Source: Burkholderiales bacterium (GTDB lineage Bacteria > Pseudomonadota > Gammaproteobacteria > Burkholderiales > CAIKXV01). Taken from it: a stretch of DNA of 64,000 nt. Location: the NCBI GenBank assembly GCA_038205245.1, contig JBBRCD010000005.1:7659-71658 (forward strand), given 5' to 3'. The notes under the pieces are model-generated. The model did no database searches and was not told where the DNA came from. It saw nothing but the letters and a program-made list of their open reading frames with translations. Numbering within the stretch: position 1 is the stretch's first letter; each line of letters opens with the position of its first letter. Below, one piece after another: positions 18,688 to 27,419 of this stretch. The translations under genes were made by a program, and so were the position numbers.

Positions 18688-18823
18688 CTGTCCCCGGTTC
18701 CTGTTCCCTCCCCTGTCCCCTGTTCCTGTTCCCTCCCCTGTCCCCTGTCCCCTGTCCCCAGTCCCCAGTCCCCAGTCCCCAGTCCCCAGTCCCCAGTCCC
18801 CAGTCCCCAGTCCCCAGTCCTCG
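18688..18823. repeat. compound C-rich microsatellite: 25-mer x2, GTCCCCT x3, GTCCCCA x9
   Basis: Read directly. GTTCCTGTTCCCTCCCCTGTCCCCT occurs at 18697-18721 and 18722-18746. Nine perfect GTCCCCA units span 18754-18816. The array ends 1 nt before the ATG at 18825. Confidence 0.95.
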
Positions 18824-18824
18824 G

Positions 18825-20015
18825 ATGCCCATGACCGACAACCGCCGTGGTCCGCTCGCCGATGTGCGTGTGCTCGAGTTCGGGCAGATTGCCGCTGGCC
18901 CGTTCTGCGGCATGCTGCTCGCCGATCTGGGCGCCGACGTGGTCAAGGTGGAAAAGCCGGACGGTGGCGATGACATGCGGCGCTGGCCGCCGTTGACCGA
19001 GGGGCCCGACCCGGCAGCCGGGCGATTCTCGGAGAACTTCGCTTCGGTCAATCGCAACAAGCGCAGCATCGCGGTCGACCTGAAGGACGAGCGCGCGGTC
19101 GCGCGCCTGCGTCAACTCGCCAATGTCGCCGACGTGATCGTGGAGAATTTCCGCCCCGGAGTGCTTGACCGGCTCGGGCTGGGCTTCGCCGCGCTGCGTG
19201 AAACCAATCCCCGGCTGGTCTACACCTCGGTCACCGGCTATGGCCAGACCGGCCCCTACGCCGCTCGCGGTGCCTTCGATGTGACCGTGCAGGCGGTGAG
19301 CGGGCTGATGAGTGTCACTGGCGAACCGGGGCGCGAGGCGGTCAAGGCCGGGGTGCCGGTCGGCGACTTCGTCGCCGGTCTGTACTCGGCCTACACCACG
19401 CTGGCCGCAGTGATGACCGCCCGCAGCACCGGGTTGGGTGCGCATGTCGACTGCTCGATGCTGGGTGGCCTGCTCGGGATCGCGCAGTTGCAGACCAGCG
19501 AGTTCTTCGGCACTGGACAGGTACCCTCGGCGCTTGGCTCGGCGCATCCGCGCAATGCGCCGTATCGCGGCTTTCGTGCCTCGGATGCGCCGTTCGTGAT
19601 CGCTGCCGGCAACGACAAGCTGTGGCACTCGGTGTGCGACGCGGTCGGCCTCGAAACACTGAAGACCGATCCCAGGTTCGTGACCCAGGAGATGCGCGCG
19701 CGCAACCAGGGCGAACTGTTCGACCTGCTGCAGCCGGTGTTCGAGACCCAGCCAGCGGCCCACTGGTTCGCGCAGTTCGACCGGCGCGGCGTGCCCTGGG
19801 CACCGATCAACGACTACGCAGCGATCCTGGCCGACCCGCAGGTGGCCCACCTCGGACTGGTGCATTCGATGGATCTGCCCAATGGCCGGACCACCCACAC
19901 GGTCGGTTTTCCGGTGCAGATGTCCGGTTTCGACTTCCGCATCTACCGCCGGCCACCGAAACTGGGCGAGCACAATGACGAGGTGGAGCAGGCATGGCTG
20001 GGGAGCGCGCGGTGA
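18825..20015 (+). CDS. CaiB/BaiF-family (class III) CoA-transferase
   Basis: About 396 aa from MPMTDNRRGPLADVRVLEFGQIAAGPFCGMLLADLGADVVKVE, the canonical family N-terminus. No Shine-Dalgarno visible upstream. Confidence 0.85.
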   Translation: MPMTDNRRGPLADVRVLEFGQIAAGPFCGMLLADLGADVVKVEKPDGGDDMRRWPPLTEGPDPAAGRFSENFASVNRNKRSIAVDLKDERAVARLRQLANVADVIVENFRPGVLDRLGLGFAALRETNPRLVYTSVTGYGQTGPYAARGAFDVTVQAVSGLMSVTGEPGREAVKAGVPVGDFVAGLYSAYTTLAAVMTARSTGLGAHVDCSMLGGLLGIAQLQTSEFFGTGQVPSALGSAHPRNAPYRGFRASDAPFVIAAGNDKLWHSVCDAVGLETLKTDPRFVTQEMRARNQGELFDLLQPVFETQPAAHWFAQFDRRGVPWAPINDYAAILADPQVAHLGLVHSMDLPNGRTTHTVGFPVQMSGFDFRIYRRPPKLGEHNDEVEQAWLGSAR

Positions 20016-20129
20016 ACGGCGCTGCGCTGAGTCGCAGGGTTCGACTCCCGCCAGGCGCGGGCGACTCAAGCTACCGTTGGTTTGGACCGATAGTGAACCC
20101 ATGGCCGAATTCCTGATGAGAGGTTTCCC

Positions 20130-20888
20130 TTGAATCGACTGCTCAACCTGCTTGGCGCGCTCGTTCTGGCGCTGGCCGCTGCCGGCGTGTCCGCACAGAC
20201 CCCGGAAGACAACCTGCGCAAGACCATCGAGTCGAAGATGCCCGGCGAGAAGGTGCGCGAGATTCGCAAGACGCCGCTGCCAGGCATCTTCGAGGTGGCC
20301 TTCGGCAACCGGCTGTTCTACACCGACGAGGGCCTGAACTATCTGCTGATCGGCAACATCATCGAGGCGGCGACCAACCGCAACCTGACCGATCTGCGTC
20401 TGCGCCAGCTCACCTCGATCGATGTCAAGCAGCTGCCGCTGGCGATGGCGATCAAGACCGCGCGTGGGGACGGCAAGCGCACTCTGTATATCTTCTCCGA
20501 CCCGCTCTGTCCGTTCTGCTCCCAGCTGGAGCAGGAACTGCAGAAGGTGAACAACGTGACTGTTTACACCTTCCTCACGCCGGTCGAGCAGATGCGTCCG
20601 GGTTCGCGCAACCGCGCGCTCGAGATCTGGTGCTCGACCGATCGCAGCCGCGCCTGGGATGAGTGGATGCTCAAGCAGGTGGTGCCGCGCTCCAAGCCGA
20701 CCTGCAGCAATCCGGTCGACCAGGTGGTCAAGCTGTCGGACAAGCTCGGCTTCCAGGTCACCCCGACGATCGTCTTCGCCGACGGCGCCGTGCTCTCGGG
20801 CATGGTACCGGCAGCGCAGATCGAGAAGTTCATGAATGCGCTGGCGCCGGCAGCGCCGGCCGCAACGCCGGCGCCGGCGAAGAAGTAA
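20130..20888 (+). CDS. dsbC: DsbC/DsbG-family thiol:disulfide interchange protein
   Basis: 252 aa, TTG start with GAGG upstream, signal peptide, thioredoxin-fold active site CPFC in IFSDPLCPFCSQLE. Confidence 0.8.
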   Translation: MNRLLNLLGALVLALAAAGVSAQTPEDNLRKTIESKMPGEKVREIRKTPLPGIFEVAFGNRLFYTDEGLNYLLIGNIIEAATNRNLTDLRLRQLTSIDVKQLPLAMAIKTARGDGKRTLYIFSDPLCPFCSQLEQELQKVNNVTVYTFLTPVEQMRPGSRNRALEIWCSTDRSRAWDEWMLKQVVPRSKPTCSNPVDQVVKLSDKLGFQVTPTIVFADGAVLSGMVPAAQIEKFMNALAPAAPAATPAPAKK

Positions 20889-20904
20889 TCAGTCCCTGCG
20901 GTCC

Positions 20905-21006
20905 ATTCTGGGGGCGCGTCCCCGCGGTTGACCCCGGGGAGGATTCCCGCAGCCCGCCCCGGGGGCGGAACCCCGCAGTAGACCCCGGGGGCGGATCCCC
21001 GTCGTC
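20905..21006. repeat. four tandem 25-26-bp GC-rich palindromic units (consensus GACCCCGGGGGCGGATCCCCGCAGT)
   Basis: Units at 20905-29, 20930-54, 20955-80 and 20981-21006. Each contains a GGGG...CCCC hairpin. Begins 17 nt after the dsbC stop. Confidence 0.85.
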
Positions 21007-21109
21007 GACACCGGCGTCAGTGCGCAGCCCGATCGGTTAAACTCGAACCAGAAGTCGCGAGACACGAGCGCGCATTGATTGTTTCGATGCCAGGGAGGCA
21101 TCGAACCGT

Positions 21110-22249
21110 ATGGTGTTGTATCTGACTATTGGCCTGCCTGTGCTGTGCATCATTGCACTCAAGGGCAGCGCAGTGATGGTGTCGCTTTATGCGCTCGAAC
21201 TGGGGGCGGGCTCGGCAACGATCGGCGTGCTGATCGGGCTGTATGCGCTGTTCCCCACGCTGCTGTCGGTCGCGGCCGGGCGGTTGCTCGACCGCAAGGG
21301 CTACTTCCCGTCGCTGGTCTGGGGTGCGACCGGGGTAATCCTGGGTCTGTTGCTGCCGGTAGCCTGGCCGACGATGACCGGTCTGGTGCTCTCGGCAGCG
21401 CTGCTCGGATTGTCGAACGTGTACTTCATCGTGGCGATGCAGAGCCTGGTGAACCGCATCGCCAGCGGGGCCGACCGCGCCAGAAACGTCGCCAACTTCA
21501 GTCTCGCAATATCGATCGGACAGTTGATCGGCCCGGTGCTGGCCGGGCTGCTGATCGACGGCATCGGCCATCGCTATGCGTATCTCGTTCTGGCCGCGTT
21601 GCCACTGGGCACCATCGGTATCGTCCTGTGGCTCCGTTCGAGGCTGCCGCCTGCGCCTGGCGCCGATGTCCCGGTCCCCAAGGCGAACCTGGTGGATATG
21701 GTCTCCCGGCGCGAACTGCGACCGATCTACGCGATGAGTGCGGTCGCGGTGGCCAGCTTCGACCTGTATTCCTTCTTCCTGCCGATCTACGGCCACTCGA
21801 TCGGGCTATCGGCCTCGGCAATCGGTGTCGTACTGGGTACCTTCGCCGCTGCCGCCTTCGTCGTTCGCGCGTTCATGCCCTGGCTGATCGAGCGCATGGG
21901 CGAGATCCGGCTGCTGGTGCGCTCGCTGATCCTGTCCGGGGTCGCGTACCTGCTGTTTCCGTTCGTCACCGACGTGTGGCTGCTCGCGCTGTTGTCGTTC
22001 ACCCTCGGTCTGGGTGTCGGCTGCGGCCAGCCGCTGACCATGATGATGTGCTACAACCGCGCGCCACCGGGCCGCTCGGGCGAGGCTCTCGGCGTGCGCT
22101 TCACCATCGTCAACCTGACCCATATGTCGATTCCGATACTGTTCGGCTCGATGGGCTCGGCGCTGGGCCTGCTCGCGGTGTTCTGGGCCAACGGAGGGCT
22201 TCTGGTCGCCAGCGGCGTGATCGGTTCTGCGCTGGAGCGCAGGAAATGA
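21110..22249 (+). CDS. MFS transporter
   Basis: 379 aa, about 12 hydrophobic segments, and the MFS-like loop GRLLDRKG after TM2. Confidence 0.8.
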   Translation: MVLYLTIGLPVLCIIALKGSAVMVSLYALELGAGSATIGVLIGLYALFPTLLSVAAGRLLDRKGYFPSLVWGATGVILGLLLPVAWPTMTGLVLSAALLGLSNVYFIVAMQSLVNRIASGADRARNVANFSLAISIGQLIGPVLAGLLIDGIGHRYAYLVLAALPLGTIGIVLWLRSRLPPAPGADVPVPKANLVDMVSRRELRPIYAMSAVAVASFDLYSFFLPIYGHSIGLSASAIGVVLGTFAAAAFVVRAFMPWLIERMGEIRLLVRSLILSGVAYLLFPFVTDVWLLALLSFTLGLGVGCGQPLTMMMCYNRAPPGRSGEALGVRFTIVNLTHMSIPILFGSMGSALGLLAVFWANGGLLVASGVIGSALERRK

Positions 22250-23400
22250 CGATCTACCATGTGATGGCGATCGTGCTGCTAACTCATTTAGGCGTGATCG
22301 GTGCCAAACTGCTGATCGCCCTGTTCGCGATCAACCTGGGCGCCTCGCCCCTGCAGGTCGGCTTGACCTTCGCCCTGTTTTCGATCCTGCCGGCGATCTT
22401 CGCGCTTACTGCAGGGCGCTGGATCGACCGCATCGGCGTACGGCTGCCGCTGGTGCTCGGCTGCAGCGGTATCGCGCTCACCGTGGCGTTCACCTGGTTC
22501 ACACCCGGGCTGTGGGCGCTGTACCCGATCGCTGCGGCGATCGGGGTCTGCTTCATGATGTATGCCATCGCCGGCCAGAGTCTGGTCGGCAGGATGGGCG
22601 ACCCCGGGCAACGCACCCGCAACTTCAGCTACTACTCGCTGTCGGTGGCGCTGGCCGGCGTGATCGGCCGGGCTGGCACCGGCCTGGCGATCGACATCTT
22701 CGGGCACCGCAACGCCGCGCTATTGCTTGCCATCGCACCGCTGCTCGCCCTGGGTGTCGTGCTGTTCCTGCTCAAGCGCATGCCTGCGCCCGAGGCCTCG
22801 ACCCTGCGCGGACCGCGCCGCTCGGCGATGGACCTGTGGAGGATGCCGGCCCTGCGCCGGGCCCTGATCGCAGCAGCTGTCATCGAAACCGGCAACGAAC
22901 TGTTTGCCCTGTTCATCCCGCTCTACGGGTCCTCGCTCGGCCTGTCGGCGACCTTCATCGGGATGATGCTCGCGGCCTATGCCGCCGCCACCTTCGTCGT
23001 GCGTATGGCACTGCCCAGGCTGGTCACCCGCTTCGGTGATGAGGCGGTGCTGTGCGGGGCGTTGCTCGGTGCGGCTATGGTCGGCGTGCTTCTGACTACG
23101 ACCGACAACCAGTGGGTCCTGCTGGCGCTTTCAGCAGCGTTTGGTCTGACGCTGGGCTGCGGCATGCCGCTGTCGATGTCGCTCACCTATGCACGTGCGC
23201 CGGACGGGCGCGCTGCCGAAGCGATCGGGTTGCGGCAAACGGTGAACAAGTCGATCGAAGTGACCGTGCCGATCGGATTCGGCGCCCTGGCCGGGGTTGC
23301 CGGATTGGCCCCGCTGGGCATCGCCATGGGTGTGGTGATGGCGATAGGCGCCGCGGTGATCGCACGCGACGCGCGCAAGCGCGGGCCACCGATGTCGTAG
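22246..23400 (+). CDS. MFS transporter (paralogue of the upstream gene)
   Basis: 384 aa from MTIYHVMAIVLL. ATGA overlap with the upstream stop. Same GRWIDRIG loop and topology. Confidence 0.8.
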   Translation: MTIYHVMAIVLLTHLGVIGAKLLIALFAINLGASPLQVGLTFALFSILPAIFALTAGRWIDRIGVRLPLVLGCSGIALTVAFTWFTPGLWALYPIAAAIGVCFMMYAIAGQSLVGRMGDPGQRTRNFSYYSLSVALAGVIGRAGTGLAIDIFGHRNAALLLAIAPLLALGVVLFLLKRMPAPEASTLRGPRRSAMDLWRMPALRRALIAAAVIETGNELFALFIPLYGSSLGLSATFIGMMLAAYAAATFVVRMALPRLVTRFGDEAVLCGALLGAAMVGVLLTTTDNQWVLLALSAAFGLTLGCGMPLSMSLTYARAPDGRAAEAIGLRQTVNKSIEVTVPIGFGALAGVAGLAPLGIAMGVVMAIGAAVIARDARKRGPPMS

Positions 23401-23432
23401 ATAATCCGGGACCGTCAGACTGCAGGGAGTCA

Positions 23433-24287
23433 ATGATGCGCGGGATGAGCGGGATGAGCGTTGCCGCTGGCGCCCTGGAGCCGTCGACCATCGTCGCGCC
23501 GCTTGCCTATCTCGTTGACACCGGCGTGACGCTGATCAACGAAACCTTCGGTCCGGACGATATCCAGAGACGCAGCACCGGCACCTATGTGCCGCAGCCG
23601 ATGACGTTGCGAAACGGCCGACTGCACAGCGAGCCGTTCCATCTCGATGTGCAGGGTTTCGAGTTTCGCCCGCATGCCACGGCGGTCGCCGACTTCTTCG
23701 ACCTGCCTGCGATCCAGGCGGTCTACTATCCTGAAGTCGAGCAGCTGGTGCGCGAGGTGAGCGGGGCGTCACGCGTCGTGGTTTTCGATCACACGCTGCG
23801 TTCAGGCGACGCCACCGAGCGCGAGACAAGGCGGGTGCGCGAGCCGGTGCTCTCGGTGCACAACGACTATACCGACTGGTCCGGGCCGCAGCGGGTGCGC
23901 GACCTGCTGCCCGGGGAAGCCGACGATCTTCTCACCCGTCGCTTCGCGATCATCCAGGTCTGGCGCGCGATCAACCAGCCGATCGCGCGCAATCCCCTGG
24001 CCATCGCCGATGCGCGTTCATTGGCCCCGGAAGACCTGGTGATCTCGGAGCGGCGCTATCCGAACCGGGTCGGGCAGACCTACCGGGTAGTGCACAACCC
24101 GAATCACGAGTGGTACTGGTTTCCGCGCATGCGGCGCGACGAGGCGCTGGTGTTCAAGGTGTTCGACTCTGCACGTGACGGCCGGGCGCGGTTCACCGCG
24201 CACACCTCGTTCGACGATCCGACCACGGCGGCGCAGGCGCCAGCGCGCCAGAGCATCGAGATGCGCACGATCGCGTTCTTCGATTGA
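23433..24287 (+). CDS. CmcJ/NvfI-family oxidoreductase-like protein
   Basis: 284 aa from MMRGMSG with GGGAG upstream. VHNDYT and C-terminal RQSIEMRTIAFF blocks match my recollection of this family. Function unknown. Confidence 0.6.
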   Translation: MMRGMSGMSVAAGALEPSTIVAPLAYLVDTGVTLINETFGPDDIQRRSTGTYVPQPMTLRNGRLHSEPFHLDVQGFEFRPHATAVADFFDLPAIQAVYYPEVEQLVREVSGASRVVVFDHTLRSGDATERETRRVREPVLSVHNDYTDWSGPQRVRDLLPGEADDLLTRRFAIIQVWRAINQPIARNPLAIADARSLAPEDLVISERRYPNRVGQTYRVVHNPNHEWYWFPRMRRDEALVFKVFDSARDGRARFTAHTSFDDPTTAAQAPARQSIEMRTIAFFD

Positions 24288-24366
24288 GCTGGTCGCTTGC
24301 ATCGCGCCCGGCCGGCGCAGGTGAAACGGCGCGCATGATCACGCCAGCCCGGGCCCGGGCCGGACG

Positions 24367-25692
24367 ATGAGCGGGCTCGGCTCCCGTATCGGGGACACGC
24401 TGGCACCGGGTGTGCGCCCGCGCGAGCTGGTGTCCTGGGCCATGTACGACTTCGCCAACTCGGGCTACACCACGGTCGTGGTGACCGCGGTGTTCAACGC
24501 CTATTTCGTCGGCGTGGTGGCGGCACAAGCGCCCTGGGCGACCTTTGCCTGGACGATGTCGCTTGCCCTGTCCTACGCGGTGGCGATGGTGCTCGGCCCG
24601 CTCCTTGGCAGCTACGCCGATCAGCGCGGATGCAAGAAGCGGCTGCTGGTGTTCACCACGGCCGGTTGTGTGACCTTCACCGCGGCGCTGGCGCTGGTGG
24701 GCGCCGGCGATGTCTGGCTCGGAATCCTGCTGGTGGCGGTGTCGAACCTGTTCTTCAGCCTGGGCGAGAACCTCGCCGCCGCCTTCCTGCCCGAGATCGC
24801 GCGACCCGAGTCGCTTGGTCGGATATCGGGCTGGGGCTGGGCGGTCGGCTATCTTGGCGGGCTGGTCAGCCTGGGCGCGAGCCTGGCCTGGGTGTCGCAT
24901 GCGCAGGCCGCCGGTCAGTCCAGCGCGGACTTCGTGCCGGTGTGCATGGTGATCACGGCGGTGATCTTTGCGTTGGCCTCGCTGCCGGCGTTCTTGTTCC
25001 TGCGCGAGCGCGCGGTGTCACGAGCCGGTACGCCAGGCCTGACGGTCCAGTGGCAGGGCGCGTTCGTCCAGCTCGGCGAGTCGCTGCGGGCGCTGCGCTC
25101 GCACCCGGACCTGCGCCGCTTCCTCATCTGCATCACCTGCTATCAGGCGGGTGTGCAGACAGTGATTGCCCTGGCGGCGATCTATGCCGAGCAGGCGCTT
25201 GGGTTCGAGACCGCCGATACGATCCGGTTGATCCTGCTGGTCAACATCACCGCAGCGATCGGCGCCGCCGGGTTCGGCCAGATCCAGGACCGGTTGGGGC
25301 ATGTGCGCACGCTGGCCATTACGCTGGTGGGTTGGCTGATCGCGATCGGGCTGGCCTGGGCATCCCAGGGACCGGCGATGTTCTGGGTCGCCGCCAATGT
25401 TGTCGGCCTGTGTCTGGGCGCCAGCCAGTCGGCCGGGCGGGCCCTGGTCGGCTATATGAGTCCGGCGCCACGCCGTGCAGAGTTCTTCGGACTCTGGGGC
25501 GTCGCAGTGAAGCTGTCATCCATCCTCGGTCCGGTGAGCTACGGCGTGGTGAGCTGGACATCTGCCGGCAACCACCGGTTGGCGATCCTGATTACCGGAC
25601 TGTTCTTCGTCGCCGGGTTGCTGGTGCTGCGCGGCGTGGATGCGGCGCGTGGCCGCGCCTGCGCGCTGGCGGAAAGTCCAGGCAGCGCCTGA
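24367..25692 (+). CDS. MFS transporter, UMF1/Atg22-like family
   Basis: 441 aa. N-terminal SWAMYDFANSGYTT signature and multiple TM segments. Confidence 0.8.
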   Translation: MSGLGSRIGDTLAPGVRPRELVSWAMYDFANSGYTTVVVTAVFNAYFVGVVAAQAPWATFAWTMSLALSYAVAMVLGPLLGSYADQRGCKKRLLVFTTAGCVTFTAALALVGAGDVWLGILLVAVSNLFFSLGENLAAAFLPEIARPESLGRISGWGWAVGYLGGLVSLGASLAWVSHAQAAGQSSADFVPVCMVITAVIFALASLPAFLFLRERAVSRAGTPGLTVQWQGAFVQLGESLRALRSHPDLRRFLICITCYQAGVQTVIALAAIYAEQALGFETADTIRLILLVNITAAIGAAGFGQIQDRLGHVRTLAITLVGWLIAIGLAWASQGPAMFWVAANVVGLCLGASQSAGRALVGYMSPAPRRAEFFGLWGVAVKLSSILGPVSYGVVSWTSAGNHRLAILITGLFFVAGLLVLRGVDAARGRACALAESPGSA

Positions 25693-25805
25693 GGGCGGAG
25701 GGCTTTGCGGCGGTCGGCACGCCGGAGCCGTCGGGACGGCGCCAGCGGCTGCCAAGGAATGCACGGTCTTATTCCATTGCATTCGCTGGAAAGCACCGCA
25801 ACTTG

Positions 25806-27419
25806 ATGTTACCGTTGACTTTTCACGAACGTTGCAAGACAGCCTTCATGGTGTCGGCGACTGTCGACCTGGAACCTGCGCAGATGTTCGGATGGATCGC
25901 CACCAAACCAGATCACCCGCTTGCCGAGCCGAAGGCGGCGCGTGAAGTCATCACCGAACTGCGTGGGGGCGATCCGGTCACCCGGCTGGATGAGGCGACC
26001 GCCTACCTGGAATCGCTGCTGCGGGCGGAAGGCTTCCGGCTCGGCTATCTTTATGAGGTGATCGATCTCATCGACCAGGCAGCCAAGCCGCATCAGCGCA
26101 GGATCAGCGCCGAGTACATCGGGGCCTCGCGCCTGACCCGACATCAGGACAACCGATTGTGGAAATCCGCCGGCGACTTCTGGCGCGCGCTGGCGCAGGC
26201 CTACCTGCGCTGTCTGGATCGGTTCCAGAGCGAACCGAAAGAGGCGCGTGGCTTCGTCGGGCAGATGCCGGTGTGCTGCGCGCGGGTGATGCGAGCGCTC
26301 GGCGCTGAGCTGAAATGGCTGTCGCTGCGCTACGGTCCGATACCGCAGTATCTCTGGGCCAATGCAGCGAGCACCTACGCGCTGGCCGAGACCAGCAGCG
26401 TCGAGCAGAAGCCCATCCGCGCCTACCCGGTCTCCTACGGCGACACTTCGGTACAGCAGGAGTACCTGCGCGTACTGGTACTCGGTGCCGCGTCGGTCGA
26501 TTCGATGCTGCCCGCTCAGGTCGAACTGGCCGAGCGGGCAATCTCGTGGTTTTCGCGCAGCTTCGTGATGTCGAACGAACGCGGGGACGACACCACCCAC
26601 TATGTCGACCTCGCCACCCAGCGCCCGCCGGCGCGGCTGACCAAATCGGTGGCAACCAGTCCGAATCGGCGTTACTTCGGCATTGCGCGCGGACGCGGCG
26701 AGATTGCCTCGCTGCTGCGCGTAGTGAAGGAGCGCGATCTCATTCCGGACTCGGTCCGTCTGGGCGAGCTGCATTCGATCCCGCTGGTGATCAGCACGCT
26801 GGAGCATCTGATTCGCCAACTCGGCGCGCGCCCGCCGGCGCGTAATCACGAACGCAAACCGAGCGTGCTGCGGCTGATGGTGGCCCATGGTTTTCGCCAG
26901 ATACGTGACACGGTGCATCGGCATGAGCGCAACGAGCCGCTGCGGCCGATCGACATCGAGACCTGGGTGGCTACCGACGAGAGCCCGGGGGGATACGGGG
27001 CGACCATCCGCCACCTGCGCGGGGACTGGGTGAAGCTTGGTGCCCTGGTCGGGGTCAAGCCCGAGGACGGCCGCTACTGGGGTGTCGGCGTCGTGCGCCG
27101 CATCAGCCGCGATAACGAGACCGATCATCGTGTCGGCGTTCAGCTCCTGGCCCAGTCGGCGCTCCCGATCGAGTTGAAGCCGATCGAACCTGGTCCCGGC
27201 GAGTCCGCCGATGCGCGCAGAGCCCTGCTGCTGTCGGCACGGCCGAGCGAGACCGGCGAGATCGATGTCGCGCTGGAAGTAGGCGCCTTCTCCAGCCGTG
27301 GTCGTTTCGCGGTGCAGATCAATGACAAACCCTACATGCTGGTGGCCACCCATCTGCTCGAGGCGGGCGACGACTTCGACCTGGCGCGCTTTCGGGTGCG
27401 TAAATACGAGTTGATGTAG
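25806..27419 (+). CDS. hypothetical protein with PilZ-like C-terminal region
   Basis: 537-aa in-frame tail of the 929-aa ORF (alternative ATG at 25848). Coding-like composition. The C-terminal third carries RNHER (RxxxR) and DESPGG (DxSxxG). The N-terminal two thirds are unrecognised. Confidence 0.6.
   Translation: MLPLTFHERCKTAFMVSATVDLEPAQMFGWIATKPDHPLAEPKAAREVITELRGGDPVTRLDEATAYLESLLRAEGFRLGYLYEVIDLIDQAAKPHQRRISAEYIGASRLTRHQDNRLWKSAGDFWRALAQAYLRCLDRFQSEPKEARGFVGQMPVCCARVMRALGAELKWLSLRYGPIPQYLWANAASTYALAETSSVEQKPIRAYPVSYGDTSVQQEYLRVLVLGAASVDSMLPAQVELAERAISWFSRSFVMSNERGDDTTHYVDLATQRPPARLTKSVATSPNRRYFGIARGRGEIASLLRVVKERDLIPDSVRLGELHSIPLVISTLEHLIRQLGARPPARNHERKPSVLRLMVAHGFRQIRDTVHRHERNEPLRPIDIETWVATDESPGGYGATIRHLRGDWVKLGALVGVKPEDGRYWGVGVVRRISRDNETDHRVGVQLLAQSALPIELKPIEPGPGESADARRALLLSARPSETGEIDVALEVGAFSSRGRFAVQINDKPYMLVATHLLEAGDDFDLARFRVRKYELM

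Noticed and set aside
18363-18824. Translation of the heptamer array (PVPSPQS repeats) as an N-terminal extension of the CoA-transferase.
   Set aside because: The only upstream in-frame starts lie inside the oppositely oriented cyclodeaminase gene. The CaiB-family N-terminus aligns from the ATG at 18825. A 7-nt unit would not be stable in a reading frame.
20035-20080. tRNA-like 3-prime fragment (GCAGGGTTCGACTCCCGCCAGGCGCG), possibly a genomic-island att remnant.
   Set aside because: The T-arm pairs only 3 of 5 bp. No matching acceptor stem, D-arm or anticodon arm lies upstream. No integrase or second copy is in the window. Too weak to call.
18120-20102. 660-aa minus-strand ORF, and similar long ORFs: 2167-3474(-), 3573-4931(-), 5384-6871(-), 6294-7862(-), 25809-27593(-), 36822-38402(-), 43993-45777(-) beyond its PIN part, 45946-48009(-) and 46260-48221(+).
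   Set aside because: They run antisense to, or out of frame with, genes that have clear family motifs. They are Arg/Gly/Pro/His-rich with no recognisable domains. This is the expected stop-codon-poor shadow-ORF behaviour of GC-rich DNA.
18688-21006. CRISPR array.
   Set aside because: The repeats here, and the other arrays in the window, are head-to-tail with no unique spacers and have units of 5-26 nt. No cas genes are present.
24630-27419. 929-aa ORF as a single gene (likewise 21079-23400 as 773 aa, 11814-13457 as 547 aa, 11850-13070 as 406 aa and 14129-15646 as 505 aa).
   Set aside because: The N-terminal parts overlap confidently called genes in another frame or on the other strand and look non-protein-like. 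Internal starts with RBS-like sequences give products of canonical family length.
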